A stretch of 64,000 bases of DNA, from assembly GCF_009914755.1 (NCBI RefSeq), contig NC_060933.1; one strand, 5' to 3'. The translations under genes were made by a program, and so were the position numbers. This DNA comes from the human T2T-CHM13v2.0 reference genome, Homo sapiens. Positions 29,001 to 41,000 of this stretch are shown here, piece by piece; position 1 is the stretch's first letter, and each line of letters opens with the position of its first letter. The notes beneath the pieces were generated by a model. That model did no database searches, had not been told where the DNA came from, and worked only from the letters and a program-made list of their open reading frames with translations.

Positions 29001-32000
29001 GTTGGAACTTATATTTAAATGATAAGCAGAGCTCAAAAGTTTGGAACATTTGCAGCCTGGCCAGGTGGTCAAAGAGAAAAGCTGATTTTCAGGGGGAAAA
29101 TTCATGAAGTCTCCAGAAATTTGCATAAAGTGGAGGCCAGTGCTAATAGCCAAGACAATTGTGGGGAAAAGGCTTGGAGGCATTTCAGAGATGTTTGCAG
29201 CAGCCCTTGCTGTCACAGGCCTTGGGACCTAGGAGAGAAGAATGGTTTCCTGGGCCAGCCCCATGGCCCTGCTGCTGTGTGTAGCCTCAGGACACTGCTG
29301 CCTGCATCCCAGCAGCCCCAGCTCCTGCTCTGACCTTGGCTGAAAGATGCACAGGTACATCTTGGGTCACTGCCTCAGAGGGTGCAAGCTATAGGCCTTG
29401 GTTGCTTCTACATAGTGTTAAGCCAGTGAGTCCACACAGCACTAGTCTAGAGACTTGGGAGCCTCCATATATATTTCAGAAGATGTATGAAAATGCCTGG
29501 TGTCCAGACAGAAGGCTGCCAAAAAAGCAGAGTCTCATGGGAAACCTCTACTTGGGCAGTGCAGAAGGAAAATATGAGGTTGGAGCCCCCACACTGGAGG
29601 CCACCATCGTGCAGACCCCAGATTCATAGACCCATCAAAAGCTTCGTACCCTCCATGGGTTAAAAACTTCAGGCACTCAACACCAGCACAGCCCATGAGG
29701 GCAGCTGTGGGGGCTGAACACTGCAAAGCCATAGGTGCAGAGCTGCCCAAGGCCTTGGGAGCCCACCCTCACGCCCTTGTGCCCTGGATGTGGGACAAGG
29801 ATTTAAAAGGGATGACTTTGGAGCTGTAGGTTTGAATAAGCGGCCTGCTGAGTTTCAGAATTTCGTGGGACCTGTAAGTCCTGTTTGTGTTTTGTTCTTC
29901 TCTCTGGCAAAAATCTTCCTTTTGGGTGGAGATTCTTACTCAATGCCTGGACAATCGTACCTTGGAAGTGGTTAACCTGCTTTGTATTTCAGAGGCTCGG
30001 GCAGAAGAGACTGCAGCTTTGTCTCAGTTGAGACTTTGGGCTTCAGACATTTGAGTAAATGTTGGAATGAGTTAAGACCTTGGGGGTCTTATCCAAGACG
30101 ACGGGGAAAAGTCACTGAAGGCATTTCATAGCTTAACTTCACAGTACTAATTTTTTGTGTGTTCATAACAAAAAGGGGTTTAATTGGCTTATAGTTCTGC
30201 AGGCTGTAAAAAAAGCATAGTGGCTTGGGGAAATGGCAGGTAATGCATCATTTCATTTTGCAAAGTGAGAAGGACGTGAAATCTGGGTAGGCAGGGACAG
30301 AATGATAAGATTTGGCTGTGTGTCCCTACAGAAACTTATCTGGAATTTTAATTGGAAATCTTAAAAGTGGGGCCAAGTTGAAGGTGATTTAATCATGGAG
30401 GGCAGTGGGGGTTGGAAAGTGGGGATTGGGGAGCATGGGTGGATTTTGGTGGAGGTGAGGGGTGAAAGGTAGGGGTGGAGGCAGGATCCCTCACAAATGG
30501 TTAAACACTATCTCCTTAATGTTTTCCTCACGATGGTGAGTTCTCGTGATGGTTTTGGAGCTGTGAGATTGAATGGATACTGGCCTTCTGGGTTTTGGAC
30601 TTGCATTGGCCCTGTCATCTCATTTGTGTTATTTTCCTGGCAAACCTCTACCCTTTGGATTGAGAAAACTTGCCCAATGCCTCTACCATCATCGTACCTT
30701 GAAAGAAAAGAACTCCCTTTTAAATTCAGGGACTCATAGGCAAAAGGGACTGTAGCCTTTTCTCAGGTGAGACGTTGAACTTTTTACATTTGAGTTAATG
30801 TTGAAATGACTTCAGACTTTCAGCAACTTTTGAAAAGGCATGATTGTATTTTACTCTGTGAGAAGGATATGATATTCAGGGGATCAGGGTCAGAATAATA
30901 TGGTTTAGCTGTGTATCCCTAACTAAACTCATGTGGAATTGTAATCCTGAATGTTGCAGGTGGGGTCTGGTGGGAGGTGATATATTCATGGATGGGAGAG
31001 GGGTAGGGTTGGAAGTACAAAGAGGTGGGTTAGGTGGGGAGGAGTAGGTTGGCTGTAGGGTGGTGTGAAGGTGGAATGTTGTGGGAGGGGAGTAGCCTGC
31101 TGCAGAGGCAGAGGCTCATGGGAAACCTCTACTAGGGCAGTGCACCTGTGGCTTTAGCCCCCATGGCTGCTCTCATGGGCTAGGCTGGTGTTTAGTGCCT
31201 GTAGCTTTTCCATACTGAGGGTGCAGGCTGTTGGTGCATCTATGAATCTGGGGTCTGGAGGATGGTGGCCTCCTGCATAGGGGCTCCAAACCCATATTTT
31301 CCTTCTGCACTGCCCTAGTAGAGGTTTTCCAAGAGGCTCTGCCTCTGTCTCAGGCTTCTGCATGGAGACAGTGAGGGGTGGATACGGGGTGGGGGGCAGA
31401 TCCTTCACCAATAGTTAAGCACCATCTTTGTGATGCTGATCTCCTCATAGTGAGCTCTCATGATATCAAGTTGCATAACAGGATATAGCTTTAGATAACA
31501 TGAATATTTGGCTACTTCTACTTTGAATCACAATGTAAACAGAATTAATAATTCTGTTGAATTGTACACACAATTAAGTTTATGAAACCAATTTAAATTA
31601 GTTAACCATTTTCTCATATTACTGGATTCAGAAAAGCTCTAACTTATTCAGTCATCTGTTATTAGCATGTCAAGTTTCCCCAACTTTAAATCATGATTGC
31701 TAAACTACAGGAAAGTCAACTACAGCAAAGAGCAAACTCTCCCATTTGGTAACAATTGAAAGGCAGGGCAGCACAATACAATTCATTCCAATAAGTTTTC
31801 ATATCACTTCAAAATATCAGGATAGTCCAGTATCAATGTATAACTTGAGGCAATTTTTGTATTCTGTTTACAGCAATATAATTTCATAAGAGTTCTTTGG
31901 TGAAAAGCAAATCGTGGTGTTAGAGAAAAAACAAAATTTCACTTCATTTTTTAGCTAACTTCAGACTCATCCATCCAGAAGAAACATATTCAAGGTATTC

Positions 32001-35000
32001 CAAAATAATAAAAACCTCAAACTGCATCACAGTTGGCATCTTGACATTTAATACATTGAAAATCACAACATATGAAGTGTCTTACTAAGACAGTAAACAC
32101 AGTAAATAATCATTCAATTCTTTATTCAAATATAAATAATATTCATGTTTAACCAATGTAGAAATTACAAATATATGTAATTACATAAAAAAAAAAAGGA
32201 TATGGCACCTCTTTCCTCTCGCTGTTGTGCTTCTGCTCCTGCTATATGAAACATTTCATTGCCGCTTGGCCTTCTGGTATGGTTGTGAGGCTTCCTGAGT
32301 CCTCCTAGAAGCAGAAACAACTATGCTTTCTTTACAGCCCGAAGAACTGTGAGTCAATTAAACCTCTTTTCTTTATGTATATACAGAAAATTAATGCTGC
32401 AAAGTGAAGATATGAAATGCCTTCTAGGCCTTTCCCGCAATCTCTTGGCTGTTAGCACTGGTTTTTTTAATGCAAATATTGGAGGCCTTCTTGATTTTTC
32501 CCTTGATAATGGACCCTTCTTCTTTTACCACATGGCCAGGCTGTGACACAGATAGCTGACAATGTAGAAGCCAGTTCTGAATTGGGTAATGGCCAGAGGT
32601 TAGAGAGTCTGGAGGATGGTAACCTCTTGTGTGGGGCCACCAAGCCTTTTTTTGTGTGTTTTGTTTTTTTTCTGCTCTGTCCTAGTAGAGGTTTTCCTAG
32701 TGGCTCTGCCTCTGCCTCAGGCTTCTGCTTGGAAACAGTGGGGGTTGTGGGTGGTAGGGGGCAGATCTTTCACCAATGGCTCCACCAATGGTTAAGCATT
32801 CTTGATGCTGACCTTGTGTTAGAGAGTTCTCAGGAAATCTGGTTGTATAACAGGGTGTGGCACCTTTTTCCTCTCTCTGTCTTGTTTCTACTTCTGCCAT
32901 ATAAAACATACCATTGGTGCTTGGTCTTCTGGTATGATTGGGAGGCTTCCTGAGTCCTCCCAGATGCAGAAGCCTCTATGATTTATTTAAAGCACGCAGA
33001 ACCATGAGCCAGTTCAACCTCTTTTCTTTCTGATTATACAGAAAATTAGTACTGTGAAATGGAGCTATGAAATGCCTTCACGGCCTTTTCCTTATTTTCT
33101 TGGCAATGAGCACTCAGCTTCTTTTCAGGCAAATATCTGAAGCCTGCCTGAATTTTTCTCCTGAAACAGACTTTGCTTCTTTTACCACATTGCCAGGCTG
33201 CAACAAACATAGCTGAAAATGTAGAAGCAGGTTGAGAAGTGTGTAACGGCCAGAGGTTGGAGAGTTTGGAGGTGTTGGAAGAAGACAGGAAGATGTGGAA
33301 AAGTTTGGACCAGTGTAGAGACTTGTTAAATAGTTATAATTAAAAAGATGACAGAATGATGGACAGTGATGGCCAGGCTTAGAAGGTCTCACATGAAAAT
33401 GAGGAGCTTGCTGGGACGAGGAGCCAAGGTCACTTTTGTTTTGCCTTAGCAAAGAACATTACTGCACGATGCCCTTAACCTGGAGATCTGTGAAACTTTG
33501 AACTTGAGAGTGATGATTTAGAATGTATCTGGTGGAATGAACTTTTAGGCAGCAAAGCTCAAGAGATGTCTGGTCTGTGCCAAACACCCTGAGGTCTTAT
33601 ATGTGACCAAAGAAATGAACTCAAGGTGAAACTTATATTTAAATGAGACGGAGAGCTTAAAAGTTTGGAAAATTTGCAGGCTGGCCAAGTGGTCAAAAAG
33701 AAAAGCTGATTTTTGGTGAGAAAGTTCAAGAAGATTTCAGAAATGTGCATAAAATGGAATTGAGTGCTAATAGCCAAGACAATGATAAAAAGGACTTGAA
33801 GGCACTTCAGAGACTTTTGCAGCAACCCTTGCTGTCACAGGCCCCCAGGCCTGGGAGAAAAGAATGGTTTCCTTATCCAGTCCCATGGCCCTGCTGCTGT
33901 GTCCATCCTCAGGACACTGCTGGCTGCATACCTGAAGCTCCAGCTCCAACCATGGCTGACAGATACAAAGGTACATCATGGGTCACTGGTTCAGAGGGTG
34001 CAAGCTGCAAGCCTTGGTGGCTTCCACATAGTGTTGAGCCAGCAGGTGCACAAAGGCCAAGACTAGAGGCTCAGAATCCTTCATGTAGACTACAGAGGAT
34101 TTACAGAAAAACCTGGGTGTCCAGGTCGAAGCTATTCAAAGAGGCAGAGCCTCATGGGAATCCTTTACTAGGGCAGTATGGAAGGAACATATAGGGTTGG
34201 AACCACCACACAGGGAGCGCCATTCTGAAATGTCAGATTCATAGACTCACTAACATCTTGCATCCTCATTGTGGAAAAGCTACAGGTGCTCAAAACTAGC
34301 CCAGCCCATGAGGGCAGCTGCGGGGGCTGAACACTGCAAAGCCACAGGTGCAGAGCTGCCCAAGGCCTTGGGAGCCCAGCCCTCACGCCCTTGTGCCCTG
34401 GATGTGGGACAAGGATTTAAAAAGGATGATTTTGAAGCTGTAGGTTTGAATAACTGGCCTGCTGGGTTTTGGAATGTCATGGGAACCTGTAAGTCCCGTT
34501 TGTGTTTTGTTCTTCCCTCTGGCAAAAAATCTTCCTTTCGGGTGGAGGTTCTTACACAATGCCTGGACAATCGTACCTTGGAGGTAATTAACTTGCTTTG
34601 TATTTCAGAGGCTCAGGGGCAGAAGGGATGGCAGTCTTGTCTCAGAAGAGACTTTGGGCTTTGGACATTTCAGTAAATGCTGGAATGAGCTAAGACATTG
34701 GGAAACTGTAGAGTAGGCATCATTGTATTTTGCAGTGTGAGAACAACATGAGATACGGGGGGTCAGGGTCAGAATAATACGATTTGGCTCTGCATCCCTA
34801 CCAAACTCATTTGGAATTGTAATGGTGAATGTTAAAGGTGGGGCCTGGTGGGAGGTGATTTATTCATGGAGAATAGTGGGGGTTGGAGGTAGGGGTGTGG
34901 GGAGAATGGGAGAGATTATTTTGTGGTGGGGGTAAAAGGTAAGGGTAGGGGGGCAGATCCTTCACAAATGTTTAAACCCTATCTCCTTAATGCCGCCTGT

Positions 35001-38000
35001 GTGATAGTGAGTTCTCTTGATGATATTTGCAGCTGTGAGATTGAGTGAATCCTGTCCCGCTGAGTTTTGGACTTGTGTTGGGCCTGTGGGCCCGTTTGTG
35101 TTACTTTTATGGGAGATTTCTTCCCTTTGGACTGAGAAAGCTTACCCAATGCCCGTACCATCATTGTACCTGGAAAGAAAAGAACTCCATTTTAAATTCA
35201 GGGACTCATAGGCAGAAGAGACTGTAGCCTCGTCTCAGGAGAGACTTTGAATTTTTTTACATTTGGAATGAGTTAAGACTTTTGGAGATTTTTGAAAAGT
35301 CATGATTGCATTTTGCTCTGTGATAAGGACATGAGATTCTGGGATATCAGGGTCAGAATAATATGGTTTGGCTGTGTGTCCCTATGAATCTCATGCGGAA
35401 TTGTAATCCCTAATGTTGAAGCGGGTGACTCAATTATGGACAGGAGGTTGGTGGTGGTGGAAGGTAAAAGGGATGGGTAGGATTGGGAGGAGTGGGTCGG
35501 CAGTAGGGTGGTGGGAGGGTGGGTGGTAGTAGGAAGGAGTAGCAGCCTGCTGCAGAGTGAGGGACTCATGGAAAACCCTCTACTAGGGCAGTGCACCTGT
35601 GGTTTGCAGGGTTTAGCTCAGCTGTTCTCATGCGCGGGACTGGTATTGAGGGCCTGTAGCTTTTCCTCACTGAGGGTGCCAGCTGTTGGTGGGTCTGTGA
35701 ATCTGGGGTCTGGAGGGTAGTAGCCCCCTGTGTGGGGGCTCCAAGTCCATATTTTCCTTCTGCACTGCCCTAGTAGAGGTTTCCCAAGAACTCTGCATCT
35801 GCAGCAGGCTGCTGCCTGGAAACAGTGGGAGGTGGGTGTGGGAGGCAGACCCTTCACCAATGGTTAGGAACCATCTTCATGATGGTGACCTGGTGATAGT
35901 GAGTTTTCATGAGATCTGGTTGTATAATAGGACATGACACCATTTCCCTCTCTCATGCTTGCTCCTTCTCCTGGCATATGAGACATTTCATTGCCCCTTG
36001 ACATTCTGGTGTGATTGGGAGGCTTCCTGAGTCCTCTGAGATGCAGAAACTAGTATGCCTCCTTACAGCCTGCAGAATCATTAACAATTAAACATCTTTT
36101 CTTTTTGATCATTGAGAGAATTTTTAATGCAAAGAAGATCTGTTAAGTGTCTTCAAGGCCTTTTCCCCAATGTCTTGGCGATCAGCACTCAGCTTCTTTT
36201 CATTCAAGTCTCTGAATCCTCCTTGAATTTTCCCCCTGAAAATGGACTTGTCTTCCATACCACATTGCCAGGCTCTGACAAAGATAGCTGATAATGCAGG
36301 AGCAGGTTCAGAAGAGGGTAGCAGACTGAGTTCAGGAGAGTTTGGAGGGCTTCCAAGACAAGAAATTGAGGGGAAATTTGGATCTTTGTAAAGAATGGTT
36401 AAATACTTGTGATCAGAAGGCTCACAGGAAAATAGACAGTAAAGATCAGACTTAGAAGGTCTCAGATGAAGATGAGGAACTTACTGGGAATAGGAGCCAA
36501 GGTTAGTTTTGTTTTGCTGTAGCAAAGAATGTGGCTGAACATTGACCCTGCCCTGGAGATATGTGAAACTTTGAACTTGAGGGTGATGACTTAGTGAGTA
36601 TCTGGTGGAATGAACTTCTGGGCAGCAAAGCCCAAGAGGTGTCCTGTCTGCATCAAACAGCCTGTGCCCTTATGTGTGATTGAGGAAATGACCTCTGGAT
36701 GGGTCTTACATTAAATGAGTCACAACTCTTAATATTAAATGAGAAACGGAACTCAAAAGTCTGGGAAACTTGCGGCCTTGCCAAGTGGTCAGAAAGAAAA
36801 GCTGATTTTCAGTGGGAAAATTCAAGAAGGCTTCAGGAATTTGCACAAAAAGGAGCCCGGTGCTAATAGCCAAGACAATAAGGAAAAGACCTTGAAGGCA
36901 TTTCAGAGACCTTTGCAGCAGCCCTTGCTGTCACAGGCCCTGGGGCCTAGGAGGGAAGCATGGTTTCCTGGGCCAGTTCCATGAGCCCCCTCTATGTGCA
37001 GCCTCAGGACACTGCTGCCTGCATCCCTGCAGCTCCATTTCCAACTCCAGTCATGGCTGAAAGATGCACAGGTAGAGTTTGCATCCCTGCTGCAGGGGTG
37101 CAAGTTCCAAGCCTTGGTGTCTTCCACATAGTGTTAAGCCAGCAGCTGCACAGAGCACAAAACTAGAGGCTTGGGGGCCTGTGTCTAGACTCCAGAGTAT
37201 GTAAGGAAAAACCTGGGTGTTCAGGCAGAAGCTTTTCCAAGAGGCAGAGCCTCATGGCACACCTTTACCAGGGCAGTACAGAAGGAGAATATGGGGTTGG
37301 AGTCCCTAAATATGGAGACACCATTCTCCAGACCCCAGATTCATAGATACACCAACAGCTGGCACCCTTAGTGTGGAAAAGCCACAGGCACTCAACACAG
37401 CCCAGCCCATGAGGGCAGCTGTGGGGGATATATCATGCAAATCTACAGGTGCAGAGTTGCCCAAGGCCTTGGGAGCCCAGCCATCACACGCCTGTGCTCT
37501 AGATGTGAGATGTAGATTCAGAAAAGATGATTTGGAGCTGCAGGATTCAATGACTGGCCTGCTGGGTTTTTGACTTCATGGGGTCTGTAAGTCCTTGGAC
37601 TTTTCAGTAAATGCTGGAATGAGTTAAGTCATTGGGGGACAGTAGAGAAGTCATCATTGTATTTTGCAGTGTGACAAGGATACAAGATTTGGGGACCAAA
37701 GGCCAGAATAATATGATTTGGTTCTGTGTCCCTACCAATACTCATGTGGAATCGTAATGGGGAATGTTAAAGTTGGGGCCTGGTGGAAGGTGATTTAATC
37801 ATGGAGAAGAGTGGGGGTTGGAGGTAGGGGTTTGGGGAGAATGGGGGAGATTATTTTGTGGGTGGGGGTGAAAGATGAGGGTAGGGGGGTGGATTCTTCA
37901 CAAATGGTTAATCACTATCTCCTTAATGCTGTCTACATGATAGTGAGTTCTCTTGATGATTATGGAGCTTAAAGATTGAGTGAATACTGTCCTGCTGGGT

Positions 38001-41000
38001 TTTGGACTTGCATTGGGCCTGTGGTCCCATTTGTGCTATTTTTATGGTAAATTTCTTCCCTTTGGATTGAGAAAGCTTACACAATGCCTGTACCATCATT
38101 GTACCTTGAAAGAAATGAAATCCCTTTTAAATTCAGAGACTCATATGCAGAAGGGACAGTAGCCTTGTCTCAGGTGAGACTTTGAACTTTTTACATTTGG
38201 AATGAGTTAAGGCTGTTGGAACTTTTGAAAAGGCATGATTGTATTTTACTCTGTGATAAGGACATGAGATTCTGGGATAGCAGGGTCAGAATAATATGGT
38301 TTGGCTGTGTGTCCCTATAAAAATTCATGTGGAATTTTAATTCCAAATGTTGAAGTTGGGGCCTGGAGGAGATGATTTAATCATGGACTGGAAGCGGTTG
38401 GGGTGGAAGGAAAAGGGTTGGTTAGGGTGGGGAGGAGTAGGCTGGCAGTAGGGTGGTGTGAGGGTGGTGGGTGGGAGGAAGGGGGAGCAGCCTGCTGCAG
38501 AGGCAGAGGCTCATGGGAAACCCTCTACTAGGGCAGTGCACCTGTGGCTTTGCAGGGTTTAGCTCCTGCCACAGCTCTCATGGGCTGGGCTGGTGTTGAG
38601 TGCCTGTAGCTTTTCCACACAAGGTGTGAGCTGTTGGTGGGTCTATGAATCTGGGGTCTGGGCCTCTGCCTCAGACTTCGGCCTGGAAATAGTGGGAGTT
38701 GGGGGTAGGGGGCGAATCCTTCACCAGTGGATAAGCACCATCTTTGTGATGCTGACCTTGTGATAGTGAGTTCTCATGAGATCTGGTTGTATAATAGGGT
38801 GTGGGACCTCTCTCCTCTCCCTGTCTTGCTCCTCCTCCTGCCACATGAATCATCTCATTGCCCCTTGACATTCTGGTATGATTGGGAGGCTTCCTGATTC
38901 CTCTTAGATGTAGAAGCCACTATACTTCCTTATAGCCTGCAGAATCATGAGCCAAGTAAACCTCTTCTTTATGATCATAGAGAAAATTAGTACTGCAAAG
39001 TGGATCTATTAAATGTCTTCAAGGCCTTTTCCCTATTGTCTTGGGAGTCAGCACTCAGCTTCTTTTCATTCAAGTCTCTGAACCCTTCTTGAATTTTCCC
39101 CCTGAAAATGGACTTGTCTTCCCTTACTACATTGCCAGGCTGCAGCAAAGATAGCTGATAATGTAGAAGCAGGTTCAGAAGGGGGTAGCAGACAGAGTTC
39201 AGAGAGTTTGGAGGGCTTTGCAGACAAGAAGTTGAGGGAAAGTTTGGATCTTTGTGAAGAATTGTTACATACTTGTGACCAGAAGGCTCACAGGAAAATG
39301 GTGAGTGAAAGCCAGACTTAGAAGGTCTCAAATGAAAATGAGGAACTTACTGGGAACAGAAGCCAAAGTGACTTTTGTTTTTGCCTTAACAAATAATGTG
39401 GCTGCACGGTGACCCTGCCCTGGAGATCTGTGAAACTGAACTTGAGGTTGATGACTTACTGAGTATCTGGTGGAATGAACTGGGCAGCAAATCTCAAGAG
39501 GTGTCCTGTCCCCATGGAACAACCTGTGCTCTTATGTGTGATGGAGGAAATGACCTCTGGATGGGACTTACATTAAATGAGTCCCATCTCTCAGAACTCA
39601 AATTTAGGAAAATTTGCAGCCTGGCCAAGTGGTCAAAAAGAAAAGCTGATTTTCAGGGGGAAAATTGAGGAAGGCTTCAGAAACTTGCATGAAAAGGAGC
39701 CCGGTGCTAATAGACAAGATAATAGGGAAAAGGCCTTGAAGGCATTTCAGAGACCTTTGCAGCAGCCCTTGCTATTGTGGGCCCTGGGGCCTAGGAGAGA
39801 AGCATGGTTTCCTGGGCCAGTTCCATGAGCCTCCTTTATGTGCAGCCTCAGAACACTGCTGCCTGCATCCCTGCAGCTCAAGCTCCAGCCATGGCTGAAA
39901 GATGCACAGGTACAGCTTGGGTCACTGCTTCAGAGGGTGCAGGCTAGAAGCCTTGGTAACATCCTCATAGTGTTAAGCCACTGGTGGACGTAGTGTGAGA
40001 CTAGAGGCTTGGGAGCCTCTCTATAGATTTTGGAAGATGTATGGAAATTCCTGGGTGTCCAGGCAAAAGCATCCCAAAAAGGCAGAGCCTTATATGAAAC
40101 TTCTACTAGGGCAGTGCAGAAGGAAAATATGGGGTTGGAACTCCCACACTGGAGACCACCATCATGCAGACCCCAGATTCATAGACCCCCGCCCGCAACA
40201 ACTTGTTTCCTCAGTGTGGAAAAGTCACAGGCACTCATCACCAGCCCAGCCCATGAGGGCACCCTTGGGGCATATACCCTGCAAAGCCACAGGTGCCAAG
40301 CTGCCCAAGGCCTTGGGAGCCCAGCCCTCACACCCCTGTGTCCTGAATGTGGGACAGGGTTTCAAAAAGGGTGATTTTGGAGCTGTAGGATTGAATGACT
40401 GGCCTTCTGGGTTTGGAGTTTCATGTGGCCAGTAAGTCCTATCTGTGTTTTGTTTTTTTCTGGCAAAATTCTTCCTTTTGGCTGGGAATGCTTACCCAAT
40501 GCCTGTACAAGCATTGTACCTTGGAAGTAGTTAACTTGCTTTATATTTCAGAGGCTAATGGGCCTAAGGGACTGTAGCCTTGTGTCAGATGAGACTTTAG
40601 GCTTTGGACATTTGTATAAATGCTGGAATGATATAAGATTTTAGGGGACTTTAGGGAAGGCATCATTGTATTTTGCAATGTGAGAAGGACATGAGATTTG
40701 GGGAGTGAGGGAAAGAATAATAAAATTCAGCTGTGTCCCTACCAAAACTCATGTGGAATTGTAATTGGAATGTTAAAGGTGGGTCCTGGTGGAAGATGAT
40801 TTAATCACGGTGCAGAGTGGGGGTTGGAAGATGGGGGTGTAGGGAAAATGGGGGAATTATGGTGGGGGTGAGGGGTGAAAATTGGGGTGGGGGGTCAGAT
40901 CCTTCACAAATCATTAAACACTATCTCCTTATTGCTGTCCTTGTGATGGTGAGTTCTTTTCATGATTTTAGAACTGTAAGATTAAATGGATACTGGCCTC

